From assembly GCA_963727485.1 (NCBI GenBank), contig CAVSGM010000005.1, forward strand, positions 64,001 through 128,000: DNA of 64,000 nucleotides, written 5' to 3'. Source of the stretch: an uncultured delta proteobacterium (GTDB taxonomy: Bacteria; Myxococcota; Myxococcia; SLRQ01). Below the pieces are notes generated by a model. The model was not told the origin of the DNA and did no database searches. It saw only the letters and a program-made list of their open reading frames with translations. Shown piece by piece: positions 8,782 through 17,987 of the stretch. The first letter of the stretch is position 1. The number at the start of each line of letters is the position of its first letter. The position numbers and the translations under genes were made by a program.

Positions 8782-10617
8782 ATGGCCGCCCCCGACCTGT
8801 CCCCGAACGCCGTCACCGTCCTCGAGAAGCGGTACCTGAAGCGTGACGCCACCGGCAAGATCGTCGAGACGCCCGAGCAGCTGTTGCGCCGGGTGGCCTG
8901 GACCATCGCCGAGGCCGACGCCCGCCTCGAGCCCGGCACCGAGGCGGCGACCCTCGCCGAGCGCTTCTACGGGCTGATGGCGAGCCGGCGCTTCTTCCCC
9001 AACTCGCCGTGCCTCGCCGCCGGGCGGCCCAAGGCCCAGCTCGCCGCCTGCTTCGTGCTCCCGGTGGAGGACGATCTCAAGAGCATCTACGGCGCCATCG
9101 AGGCGGCGGCGCTCATCCACCAGTCGGGCGGGGGCACCGGCTTCGACTTCTCCAAGCTGCGCCCCAAGGGCGACACGGTCGCCAGCACCGGCGGGAGCGC
9201 CTCGGGGCCGGTGAGCTTCCTGGGCCTCTTCGACGCCTCCACCGAGGTCATCAAGCAGGGGGGCATCCGCCGGGGGGCCAACATGGGGATCCTCCGGGTG
9301 GACCACCCGGACATCCTCGCCTTCATCGGGGAGAAGGCCGACCCCACGCACCTGACCAACTTCAACGTCTCGGTGGGGGTCACCGACGCCTTCATGCAGG
9401 CGGTGGCCACCGGCGACCGCTACGACCTGGTGAACCCCCACGGCGGGCAGGTGGTGCGCCGCCTCGAGGCCCGGAAGGTGTTCCAGGCCATCGTCAACCA
9501 CGCCTGGGAGAGCGGCGAGCCGGGGATGATCTTCCTCGACCACGTCAACGCCGGAAACCCCACGCCGCACCTGGGGCGTATCGACGCCACCAACCCCTGC
9601 GGCGAGCAGCCGCTCCTGCCCTACGAGTCGTGCATCCTCGGGAGCCTGAACCTGGCGCGCTTCGTGGAGAACGGGCGCATCGACCTCGAGGGCCTCGAGG
9701 CCGCGGCGCGGCTGGCGGTGCGCTTCCTCGACGACGTCATCGACGCCAACCACTATCCCCTCGAGGAGATCGCCCACGTCACCCGGCTGACCCGCAAGGT
9801 GGGCCTGGGGGTCATGGGCTTCGCCGACCTGCTCATCGAGCTGGCCATCCCCTACGACAGCGAGGACGCCCTCGCCATCGCCGACCGGCTCATGGCCGCC
9901 ATCGGCGCCGCGGCGCGGGAGGCCAGCGCCGACCTGGCGAGGCGCCGGGGCCCGTTCCCGGCGTGGCGGGGATCCCGCCTGGAGCAGCAGGGCCTCCCGC
10001 CCCAGCGCAACGCCACCGTGACCTCCATCGCCCCCACCGGCACCCTGTCGATCCTCGGCGGGTGCTCCGCGGGCATCGAGCCCCTCTACGCGGTGACCTT
10101 CGTCCGCCACGTCCTCGAGGGCGAGGACCTGTTGGAGGTGCAGCCGTCGGTGCGCGCCGCCCTCGAGGCGCGGGAGCTCGACGCCGAGGCCATCCTCGAG
10201 GAGGTCCGCGCCACCGGCTCCCTGCGCGACGTCGCCGGGATCCCCGAGGACCTCAAGCGCCGCTTCGCCACCGCCCACGACATCGACCCCGCCTGGCACG
10301 TCCGGATGCAGGCGGCCTTCCAGCGCCACGTGGACAACGCGGTGAGCAAGACCATCAACCTGCGCCGGGACGCCTCCCCCGAGTCCGTCGCCGACGCCTA
10401 CCGCCTCGCCTACGACCTGGGGTGCAAGGGCATCACCGTCTACCGCGAGGGCAGCCGCCGGAACCAGGTCTACCGGGCCCCGGGCGAGCCCGACACCGCC
10501 GAGAGCGAGTCGGTGATGGCCTGCCCCGACTGCGGGAAGCCCATCCTCGCCGACGCCCGGTGCCTCCTCTGCCGCGCCTGCGGGTGGTCCGCCTGCGTCA
10601 GCGAAGCATCTCCGTGA
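8782..10617 (+). CDS. nrdJ: Adenosylcobalamin-dependent (class II) ribonucleotide reductase
   Basis: VLEKRYL, PNSP, QLAACFV, GGGTG..FS.LRP, TNPCGEQPL, SIAPTGT, AVSKTIN, KGITVYR; C-terminal CPDC..CRACGWSAC Zn ribbon. Confidence 0.92.
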   Translation: MAAPDLSPNAVTVLEKRYLKRDATGKIVETPEQLLRRVAWTIAEADARLEPGTEAATLAERFYGLMASRRFFPNSPCLAAGRPKAQLAACFVLPVEDDLKSIYGAIEAAALIHQSGGGTGFDFSKLRPKGDTVASTGGSASGPVSFLGLFDASTEVIKQGGIRRGANMGILRVDHPDILAFIGEKADPTHLTNFNVSVGVTDAFMQAVATGDRYDLVNPHGGQVVRRLEARKVFQAIVNHAWESGEPGMIFLDHVNAGNPTPHLGRIDATNPCGEQPLLPYESCILGSLNLARFVENGRIDLEGLEAAARLAVRFLDDVIDANHYPLEEIAHVTRLTRKVGLGVMGFADLLIELAIPYDSEDALAIADRLMAAIGAAAREASADLARRRGPFPAWRGSRLEQQGLPPQRNATVTSIAPTGTLSILGGCSAGIEPLYAVTFVRHVLEGEDLLEVQPSVRAALEARELDAEAILEEVRATGSLRDVAGIPEDLKRRFATAHDIDPAWHVRMQAAFQRHVDNAVSKTINLRRDASPESVADAYRLAYDLGCKGITVYREGSRRNQVYRAPGEPDTAESESVMACPDCGKPILADARCLLCRACGWSACVSEASP

Positions 10618-11851
10618 GCACCCCCCGGACCGCCGGGTCCGGGAGCTCCACCAGCTGCTCCTTGAGGACCAGCATCTCGTTGAGCACCTTGTAGCGCTCC
10701 GGGCCCAGGTGGAGCAGCGGCTGGAGCAGGGCGTTGATCATGGCGGCCCCGCCCTGGGGGTCGGCCTTCTTCACGTCGGCCGAGACCATCGCCCGCTCGT
10801 CGTCGTCGTAGACGTCGTGGAGGAAGTAGGCCACCGCCTGGATCGCCGAGAGGAGCTCCGGGGGCAGGTCCTGGGTCTCGCCGGCGAAGGTCACCTGGCC
10901 GGCGGCGAGGTCCACGTAGACGTCGCCGCCGCGCCTGGGCACCAGCTCCGCCGGGACCGGCGGGACGTCGGGGGGCGCCGGCTCCGCGGGGATCGGCGCG
11001 GGCCGGGCGGGTACCGGGCGCGCGGGGCGGGCGCGGGCGCTGCCCTCGGGGCGGCGAGTGGCGGTGCTCACGGCCCGGCGCGACGGGGCGGTGGCGCTTC
11101 GCCGCTTGCCGTCGGCCATGGCCGCGGCGAGGCGGGGGTCGATGCCCGCGGTGGCGTTCGTGGCGCCGGCGGCGACCGGCGCCGGGTCGTCCCCGGTCAC
11201 CGCCCCCTCCGGGGTCCACCGGTCGGGCATCGCCGGGAGGCTGGGGTCGGCGAGCTGCACCGGGCCCCGGTGGTCCGCCGCGGCCTCGCTCATGGCGCGG
11301 AGCTTGTCGTAGCCGCTCTCGAGGACCACGAGCTTCCCGGTCGCGGGATCGATGAGGGCCGCGTGCACCGCCAGCCGGCTGGGGAGGTACGGCGTCGCCC
11401 GGAGCGCCGCCGTCCCCTGGAGCAGGGCCTGGCGCACGTCGCTCTGGAGTCCGAGGAAGCTGCGGAGGTCCACGCCGTCCACCGTGCTCCGGTCGACCTC
11501 GGCCTTGCGCAGGGCGTCGATGGCGCTGGCGGTGTTGCGGGTGGCGGCGCCGCCTTCGACGCCGAGCAGCAGCACCTCCTCACAGCCGTGGAGGAAGCAG
11601 GCGCTGGCCACCGCCCGGGCGAGGGCGGGCTCGATCCCCGAGCCGTCGGCGGCGGGCATCACGCCCCCGGGCAGCCGGATGATCACCGCGTCGCCGCGGG
11701 AGAGCCCCAGGTCGGCGGCGAGCCAGCCGGTGAGCGCCGGGTCGAGGGGCGCGACCACACAGAGGCCGAGGCCCGCCGCGTCGCCGGGCTCCGGGCCCGA
11801 GGTCGCGGCGCGGTCGCCGGCGTGCTCCACCAGGAAGTCGAGGCGGCTCAT
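10598..11851 (-). CDS. Degenerate beta-carbonic-anhydrase-like domain plus linker and unknown C-terminal helical domain
   Basis: LDPAL....DLGLSRGDAVIIRLPGG and PYLPSRLAVHAALIDPATGKL follow the small beta-CA pattern, but the Zn ligands are absent. Confidence 0.65.
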   Translation of the reverse strand: MSRLDFLVEHAGDRAATSGPEPGDAAGLGLCVVAPLDPALTGWLAADLGLSRGDAVIIRLPGGVMPAADGSGIEPALARAVASACFLHGCEEVLLLGVEGGAATRNTASAIDALRKAEVDRSTVDGVDLRSFLGLQSDVRQALLQGTAALRATPYLPSRLAVHAALIDPATGKLVVLESGYDKLRAMSEAAADHRGPVQLADPSLPAMPDRWTPEGAVTGDDPAPVAAGATNATAGIDPRLAAAMADGKRRSATAPSRRAVSTATRRPEGSARARPARPVPARPAPIPAEPAPPDVPPVPAELVPRRGGDVYVDLAAGQVTFAGETQDLPPELLSAIQAVAYFLHDVYDDDERAMVSADVKKADPQGGAAMINALLQPLLHLGPERYKVLNEMLVLKEQLVELPDPAVRGVLTEMLR

Positions 11852-11860
11852 GAGGGCCCC

Positions 11861-13360
11861 CTAGGCCTTGGGGCTGCCGTCACCGGGCCGGGCCACGGGC
11901 TTCGCCGCGCCGGTGCCGCCGTTCGCCGGGACCAGGTCCTTGACGCCCGGGACCTTGGACACCAGCTCCTTGAGGTCCATGCCCGAGAGCCCCTCGAGGA
12001 CCGGCGGGAGCTGGGCCATCACCCCGGCGATGTCGCCGGTGAGCTTGGAGATCGCGCCTCCGTCGCCGCTCCCGCTGTTGACGATGACGATCTTGTCGGT
12101 CTTGGCCAGCGGCGCCGCGATGGCGGTGGCGAGCTGCGGCAGCATCTCCACGAACATCTGGGTGACCGCGGCGGCGTTGTACTTCTCCCAGCTCGCGGCC
12201 TTCTGGCTCATGGCCTCGGCCTCGGCGAGGCCCCGGGCCTTGATGACCTCGGCGTCGGCGAGACCCTTCTGCCGCGAGGCCTCGGCCTCGGCGAGGCCCC
12301 TGGCCTTGATGACGTCCGCCTCGGCGAGACCCTGGCTCTTCTCGGCGTGGGCCCGGCCGTCGGCCTCGGCGGTGAGCTTGTACTTGGTGGCGTCGGCCTC
12401 GGTCTGCACCGCGTAGCGCTTGGCGTCGGCGGGCTTCTGCACCGTGGCCTCGAGCTCCTTCTGGGCCCGGAGGATCTCCTTCTCCTGCACCGAGATCAGC
12501 TGCTCCTTCTCGACCAGCTGGACCTTGACCTCCTCCTCCTTCACCTTCTGCCCGGTGCGGTAGCGCTCCAGGTCGTAGGCGAGGTCGGCGGCGGCCTTCT
12601 TCTCGTTGATGGTCACCTGGTACTCGGAGCGCTTGGCCTCGAAGTCGCGGTTGGCCTCGGCGATCCGGGTCTCCGCCTGGTAGCGCGCGGTCTCGCCCTC
12701 CTGCTTGGCGTTGGCGCTCTTGATGTTCGAGTCCCGGTCGGCCTCGGCCTGGGCGACGATGGCGTCGCGCTTGACCTGGGCCAGGCGCGGCTTGCCGAGG
12801 GCGTCGAGGTAGCCCTGGCTGTCCTTGATGTCGCGCAGGGTGAAGCTGACCAGCTTGAGGCCCATGTTGGCGAGGTCGCCGACGGCGGCCTCCTGGACCC
12901 GCTGGGCGAAGGCCTCGCGGTTCTTGTAGATGTCCTCGACCTGCATCGCGCCGAGGATCGCCCGGAGGTGGCCCTCGAGGGTCTGCTGGGCGACGTTCTG
13001 GATCTCGCGGATCGGCCGGCCGAGGAACTGCTCACTGGCGGTCTTCAGCCCGATGTCGGTGGAGTCGATCTTGATCTGGGCGATGCCGTCGACCTGCACC
13101 GGCACCCCCTGCTCCGTGTAGACCTCCGGGGTGCGCACCTCGATGGTGATCACCTCGAGGGGCAGGCGGTCGTACTTCTGGAACATGGGGATGACGATGC
13201 CGCCGGAGCCGACCTTGATCCGGGGCTTGCCGGTGCCGGAGATGACCAGGGCCTCGTTGGGACCGGCCTTCTTCCACAGCGACGCGGCGGCGAGGACGAC
13301 GAGCAGGATGAGTCCGACGATGACGCCGCCGGCGACGATGGGGTCTGCGAGCATTCTCAT
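11861..13360 (-). CDS. Flotillin-like SPFH domain protein (FloT/YuaG type)
   Basis: N-terminal TM; AGPNEALVISG; VYTEQGVPVQVDGIAQIK; TLEGHLRAILG; GYLDALGKP; EA-rich coiled coil; PLAKTDKIVIV. Confidence 0.93.
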   Translation of the reverse strand: MRMLADPIVAGGVIVGLILLVVLAAASLWKKAGPNEALVISGTGKPRIKVGSGGIVIPMFQKYDRLPLEVITIEVRTPEVYTEQGVPVQVDGIAQIKIDSTDIGLKTASEQFLGRPIREIQNVAQQTLEGHLRAILGAMQVEDIYKNREAFAQRVQEAAVGDLANMGLKLVSFTLRDIKDSQGYLDALGKPRLAQVKRDAIVAQAEADRDSNIKSANAKQEGETARYQAETRIAEANRDFEAKRSEYQVTINEKKAAADLAYDLERYRTGQKVKEEEVKVQLVEKEQLISVQEKEILRAQKELEATVQKPADAKRYAVQTEADATKYKLTAEADGRAHAEKSQGLAEADVIKARGLAEAEASRQKGLADAEVIKARGLAEAEAMSQKAASWEKYNAAAVTQMFVEMLPQLATAIAAPLAKTDKIVIVNSGSGDGGAISKLTGDIAGVMAQLPPVLEGLSGMDLKELVSKVPGVKDLVPANGGTGAAKPVARPGDGSPKA

Positions 13361-13397
13361 TTCCTCCCGAGTGGCCGGGGCGACGCCCGGCGTGCTG

Positions 13398-14088
13398 TCA
13401 GTCTGACGCGGTGCCGTCCCCGGACGGCTCCGTCGACTCGGCGAGGCGCTTGATCCGCGCCGCCGCCTCCTCGCGGACCACGACCGTGGACCCGCGTACC
13501 TCCTGGATGATCACCACCGTGCCGGTGGAGAGCGCGTGGCCGTCGACGGTGCGGGCGCTGGCGGTGCGCCGGCCCCCGTCGAGGACGAAGCCCACCTCGC
13601 CGATGCCGCCCTCGGGGATGCCCACGCTCACCTTGGCCTCCATCCCCGCGAAGCGCGCCACCTGCGCCTCGCCCGAGGGGCTCCAGGTGGTGGCGAGCTT
13701 CCAGAGGAAGGTGCCCACGGTGCCCCCGCCGAAGACCCCGGCGGCGACGGCGATGGGCAGGTGGAGCCACCAGCCGAGGCCCGCGGAGAGGGCGGCGTAG
13801 CCGGCGACCCCGAAGGACCCGAGGAAGACCGAGAGGACGTAGGGCGAGAGGATGGGGAAGCCGCCCTCCTGCCCGCCCTCGGTGTGGCCCTCGTGGCCGG
13901 CGTGGACCAGGTGCCCGCCCGCCGGGCCCGCGTGGCCCCCGGCGGGCGCGGCGCCGTGGCCGCCCACCGCGCCGCCGTTGGCGCCGGCGTGGCCGTGGCC
14001 GAGGACGCCGGCGAGCAGGGTGCTCACCACCACCCACCCGACGCCGATGGTCCCGGTGAAGGCGTAGAATCCAGCCGAAGGTGCTCAT
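13398..14088 (-). CDS. NfeD/YuaF-like membrane protein with OB domain, frameshifted at 14068
   Basis: Removing one base at 14067-14071 (GAATC to GATC) gives MSTFGWIYAFTGTIGVGWVVV...; Gly/His-rich loop; FLGSFGVAG TMs; VSVGIPEGGIGEV OB motif; directly upstream of flotillin. Confidence 0.85.
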
Positions 14089-14954
14089 GGCGCGTCCTCC
14101 GCGAGGACGGCCTCGACGGCGGTCTCCGACAGGGCGGCGAGCCCCGGGGCCAGGTGGGCGCCCGCCTCGCCGGCGGCGGCCTGCACCGCCACCGCGTAGA
14201 GCTCGAGGAGGCCGGCGGCCCGGGCGGGGCGGGACCCACCGCCCCCGGGACCGAGGGCGGCGAGGACGGCGTCGAGGGCCCGGTGGGCGTCGTGGACCGA
14301 GGCCGCGTCGCCGGCGGCGGGGTCGGCGCCGGCCTGCCCCCGGTGGAGGGCGGCGGCGAGGTGGAGGCGCAGCCCGGCCCGGTGGCCCTGGAGGACGTCC
14401 TCGACGCCGTGGCCCAGCGGCCCGGCGAGGCGCAGGCGTCCCAGCGGTCCGGCGGCGTGGCGGGCGAGGGCGGCGGCGGCGTCGGCGTGGGCCGAGGCGA
14501 GGGCGGCGAGGCGGGTGAGGGCCCCGAGGGCCAGGGCGTCGTCGTCCGGCGCCGGACTCCCGCGCACCAGGCGGGCCCGGGCCAGGCCCTCGAGGCGCCT
14601 CGCCTCCCCGGCGGCGAGGGCGAGGGGGGCGGGGCTCCCCGGGGCGCCCCGGGCGACCGTGGCCACCCGGGCGGCGCCGGCGGCCAGCCGCAGCCGGAGG
14701 CCGACGTTCTCCAGGAGCCCGCCGGGGCCGAGAAGCAGCCCCAGGGCGGTGTCCAGGCGGTCGGCCTCGAGGCGCTCGGCGGCGGTGAGCCGCGCCTTCA
14801 AGGAGAGCTGTGCCTGCCGGGCGACGAGGTGGCGCAGGGCGGTGGCCGCCGCCTCCGGGAAGAGGGTCTCCACCACCGCCCCGAGGGGGAGGCCGCAGCG
14901 CGCCGCGAACGCCGGCGCGGCGACCTCGAGGCTGTCCCCCGGCCTCGAGGTCAT
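14085..14954 (-). CDS. Hypothetical Ala/Leu-rich helical protein
   Basis: ATGA overlaps with both pspA and the nfeD-like gene, indicating translational coupling. Confidence 0.7.
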   Translation of the reverse strand: MTSRPGDSLEVAAPAFAARCGLPLGAVVETLFPEAAATALRHLVARQAQLSLKARLTAAERLEADRLDTALGLLLGPGGLLENVGLRLRLAAGAARVATVARGAPGSPAPLALAAGEARRLEGLARARLVRGSPAPDDDALALGALTRLAALASAHADAAAALARHAAGPLGRLRLAGPLGHGVEDVLQGHRAGLRLHLAAALHRGQAGADPAAGDAASVHDAHRALDAVLAALGPGGGGSRPARAAGLLELYAVAVQAAAGEAGAHLAPGLAALSETAVEAVLAEDAP

Positions 14955-15676
14955 TCGTTCTTTTCGGCGAGGCGCTTCTTGAGCGCCTCGAGCTCGTCCT
15001 CGACCTGGGTGCTCGCCTTGAGCTGCTTGAGCTTGGCCTCGATGGCGATCTCGGCGCGGACGTCCTTGTCGGCGCCGGTCTCCACGCTGGACAGCTCCTC
15101 CATCGCCTCCACCTTGGACTCGATCTGGAGGATCTTGTCCTCCATCCGGGCGAAGGCGGCGAAGGCGGTGTCGTCCTCGAGGGCCTTGTGGGTGCCCATG
15201 GCCACCTCGCGGGCGGCGATCATGTCCTCCTTGACCTTGGCGGCCCGGAGGCGGGAGACCAGCTGGCCCTTCTTGGCCTTGGCCTCGTCGATCTTCTGCC
15301 CCAGGGCGGTGAGCGAGGCCCGGAGGGTGTCGACGTAGTCGGTCTGGACCTTGACCTGCTCCTCCAACGAGGCGACCCGCGCGTCGTTGGCCCCCTTGCG
15401 CTTGAGGGCCTCCCGGGCGAGATCGTCGTCGCCGCCCTGGACGGCGGTGAGGGCCTTGGTCTCCCAGGCCTGGGAGTCCTCGCGGGCGGTCTCCAGCTTC
15501 TTCTCCAGGACCTTCTGGGAGGCGAGGCTCTCCACGACCTCCTTCTTGGCCTCCTTGACGTTCGTCTGCATGTCGAGGATCGACTGCTCGAGGATCTTCT
15601 CGGGATCCTCGGCGCGGGAGATGAGGTCGTTGAGGTTGCTCTTCACGAGCGCGCTGATTCGGGAAAGGACGCCCAT
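14951..15676 (-). CDS. pspA: PspA/IM30 (bacterial ESCRT-III) family protein
   Basis: MGVLSRISALVKSNLNDLISRAEDPEKILEQSILDM; A...GDDDLAREAL.RK; FARMEDKI; VEDELEALKKRL. Confidence 0.95.
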   Translation of the reverse strand: MGVLSRISALVKSNLNDLISRAEDPEKILEQSILDMQTNVKEAKKEVVESLASQKVLEKKLETAREDSQAWETKALTAVQGGDDDLAREALKRKGANDARVASLEEQVKVQTDYVDTLRASLTALGQKIDEAKAKKGQLVSRLRAAKVKEDMIAAREVAMGTHKALEDDTAFAAFARMEDKILQIESKVEAMEELSSVETGADKDVRAEIAIEAKLKQLKASTQVEDELEALKKRLAEKNE

Positions 15677-15826
15677 GTCTCCTCCACGTGAGCTTTCGGG
15701 TCGGGGGCCACTCTACCAGGGATCACGCCCCCGGGTACCCCAGGATGGAACCGCACCCCCAAGGGCGCAATTCCGCGAATTTGCAGGCCCTTGGCCGGCA
15801 GGATAGAACCGCAACGGGACCGACGC

Positions 15827-17539
15827 ATGAGCACCCTGCGCAGCGTGTACACCAACCTCGTCGCCGCGAGGACCACGGTGCGAGACGTGCGCCGGCTCGA
15901 CCAGATCGCCCGGGTCTTCGCCCGCCACGGCTTCGGCTTCCTCTTCTCGCGGCTCTCCGGGAAGGACGCGGCGGTGGCCCGGGCGGTGGAGGAGGCCCTC
16001 GAGGAGACCGGCGGCGCGGAGGCGGCCCCGAGCGCCCAGGGCCAGGCGCTGGCCATCCGCTTCCGGGAGGCCATCGAGGACCTGGGGCCCACCTTCATCA
16101 AGTTCGGCCAGATCCTCTCCACCCGCCCGGACCTCATCCCCGCGGTGTTCTGCGACGAGCTCCAGGGGCTCCAGGACGACGTCGAGCCCATGGGCCTCGA
16201 CGACGTGAAGTCGGTGATCCGCGAGGAGCTGGGCCGGGATCCCGACCAGGTCTTCGCCGCCTTCGACGAGGCGCCGCTCGCCGCCGCCTCCATCGCCCAG
16301 GTCCACCGCGCCCGGCTCGAAGGGGGCGAGGCGGTGGCGGTGAAGGTGCAGCGCCCGGGGATCGGCGCCACCATCGAGGCCGACCTCGACATCCTCTACT
16401 GGCTGGCGCGGCAGCTGGTGGCGGTGGCCCCGGAGACCCGGCTCTTCGACCCGGCCGGCATCGTCCGGGAGTTCGAGAAGGCCATCCGCAAGGAGCTCGA
16501 CTTCGCGGCGGAGGCGCGCCACATGGAGCGCTTCGCCCGGAACTTCCGGGACGTCGACTACGTCCACATCCCCACGGTCCACAAGCCCCTGTCGACCTCC
16601 AAGGTCCTGACCATGGAGTTCATCGACGGGGTGAAGATCACCGACGCGGTGACCCAGGGCCTTGGCGACGGCGAGGTGCTGGCGAAGCGCGCCCTGCACT
16701 CGCTGTTCAAGCAGTTCTTCAAGGACGGCTTCTTCCACGGAGATCTCCACCCGGGGAACATCCTCGTCGTCCCGGGCAACCGGCTGGTCTACCTCGACTT
16801 CGGGCTGGTGGGCCGTCTGACGCCCGACATGAAGGACCGGGTGGTGGACCTGCTCTTCGCCGTGGCCCGCCGGGACTTCGACGCCATGGCCCGGGTGCTC
16901 TTCGACATCGGCGAGCGCGAGGGAGCGGTCGACTACGACGCCTTCGTCGCCGACGTCTACGACGTGGGGGAGCGCTACTTCGACGAGACGCCGCTGTCCG
17001 AGGTGGACATGGGCGGCCTCTTCCGCGAGCTGGTGCAGGGGGCCATGCGCCACCACATGCACATGCCCGCCACCTACACCATGGTGTTCAAGTCCCTGGT
17101 CACGGTGGAGGGCCTCGGCAAGCGCATCGCCCCGGAGATGGACATCATCGCCGAGGCGCAGCCGTTCATCGCCGAGCTGCTCAAGGAGCGCTACGCGCCG
17201 GAGCGGCTCCTCAAGCGGGCGAACGAGATGGGCCACACCCTCGGGCGCCTGATGCGCCAGGTGCCGCCGGCGCTCACGCGCGTGCTCGAGGACGTCGACG
17301 CCGGGCGGCTGACCTTCCAGATCGACTTCCGCCGCCTCGACGACTACCTCGAGGACCGGCGGCGCTCGGACACCATGTGGGGGCTGGGGGCGGTGTACGG
17401 GATCCTCACGCTGGCGGCGACGCTGGCGCTGTCCTGGAACGAGGTGACGATCCTCGGGATCCCGGCGATCTCGTTCGTGGGGTACGCGCTCTCGGTGCCG
17501 GTGGGCGCGATGTTCCTGCGGGCGTGGTGGCGGCGGTAG
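15827..17539 (+). CDS. ABC1/UbiB/AarF family atypical kinase
   Basis: LGPTFIKFGQILSTRPD, PLAAASIAQVHRA, VAVKVQRPG, ELDF..EA, FFHGDLHPGN, LDFGLVG; two C-terminal TMs. Confidence 0.93.
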   Translation: MSTLRSVYTNLVAARTTVRDVRRLDQIARVFARHGFGFLFSRLSGKDAAVARAVEEALEETGGAEAAPSAQGQALAIRFREAIEDLGPTFIKFGQILSTRPDLIPAVFCDELQGLQDDVEPMGLDDVKSVIREELGRDPDQVFAAFDEAPLAAASIAQVHRARLEGGEAVAVKVQRPGIGATIEADLDILYWLARQLVAVAPETRLFDPAGIVREFEKAIRKELDFAAEARHMERFARNFRDVDYVHIPTVHKPLSTSKVLTMEFIDGVKITDAVTQGLGDGEVLAKRALHSLFKQFFKDGFFHGDLHPGNILVVPGNRLVYLDFGLVGRLTPDMKDRVVDLLFAVARRDFDAMARVLFDIGEREGAVDYDAFVADVYDVGERYFDETPLSEVDMGGLFRELVQGAMRHHMHMPATYTMVFKSLVTVEGLGKRIAPEMDIIAEAQPFIAELLKERYAPERLLKRANEMGHTLGRLMRQVPPALTRVLEDVDAGRLTFQIDFRRLDDYLEDRRRSDTMWGLGAVYGILTLAATLALSWNEVTILGIPAISFVGYALSVPVGAMFLRAWWRR

Positions 17540-17548
17540 GCCGGGCGC

Positions 17549-17972
17549 TCAGCCCTGGTGGTCGAGGGCGACCTGAAGGCTAGGGACCTCTCCGCCGAGG
17601 TCCCGGGCGTATCGCCTGGGTACCACCAGGGCGCGCAGCTTCGATCCGAGAACCACGTGCGCGACGACGCGGCGCTTCTTGCCCAGCACGATCGTGAGCC
17701 TGGCGCGGACGGTGCCGTGACGGGCCCGGGCGACGGAGATCACGAGGGTCGCCCGCCAACCAGGCTTGTGGAGCGTGGTCGGTACAGTGGGCCCGATCCT
17801 GAAGGTGGAGGGTCGCCGCGTCGACCTGAAGTTTCACGGCAACGGACCTGGCCTTCGGGGCTGGCGCTCCAGCGCGAAGCCGGGCCTTGGAGCCGTGCAC
17901 GGCCGACTCCGCACCGGAGGCCGCGGCCGGTGGGGTGACGAGTAGGGCGAGGAGTAGCAGGGTAGTGCGCAT
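17549..17972 (-). CDS. Small secreted hypothetical protein, probably frameshifted near 17747
   Basis: Signal peptide MRTTLLLLALLVTPPAAA; joins ORF 17549..17743 after removing one base at 17746-17748. Confidence 0.5.
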
Positions 17973-17987
17973 GGGGTGGTCCCGGTT

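Noticed and set aside
8715..8782. Cobalamin riboswitch or NrdR box upstream of nrdJ
   Set aside because: The gap is only about 66 bp and no matching motif was seen.
12210..12345. 66-bp duplication in flotillin
   Set aside because: Ordinary EA-rich coiled-coil repeat (GLAEAxVIKAR) typical of flotillins.
15676..15827. sigma54 promoter for pspA as in enterobacteria
   Set aside because: No TGGCAC-N5-TTGC match on the minus strand and no pspF nearby.
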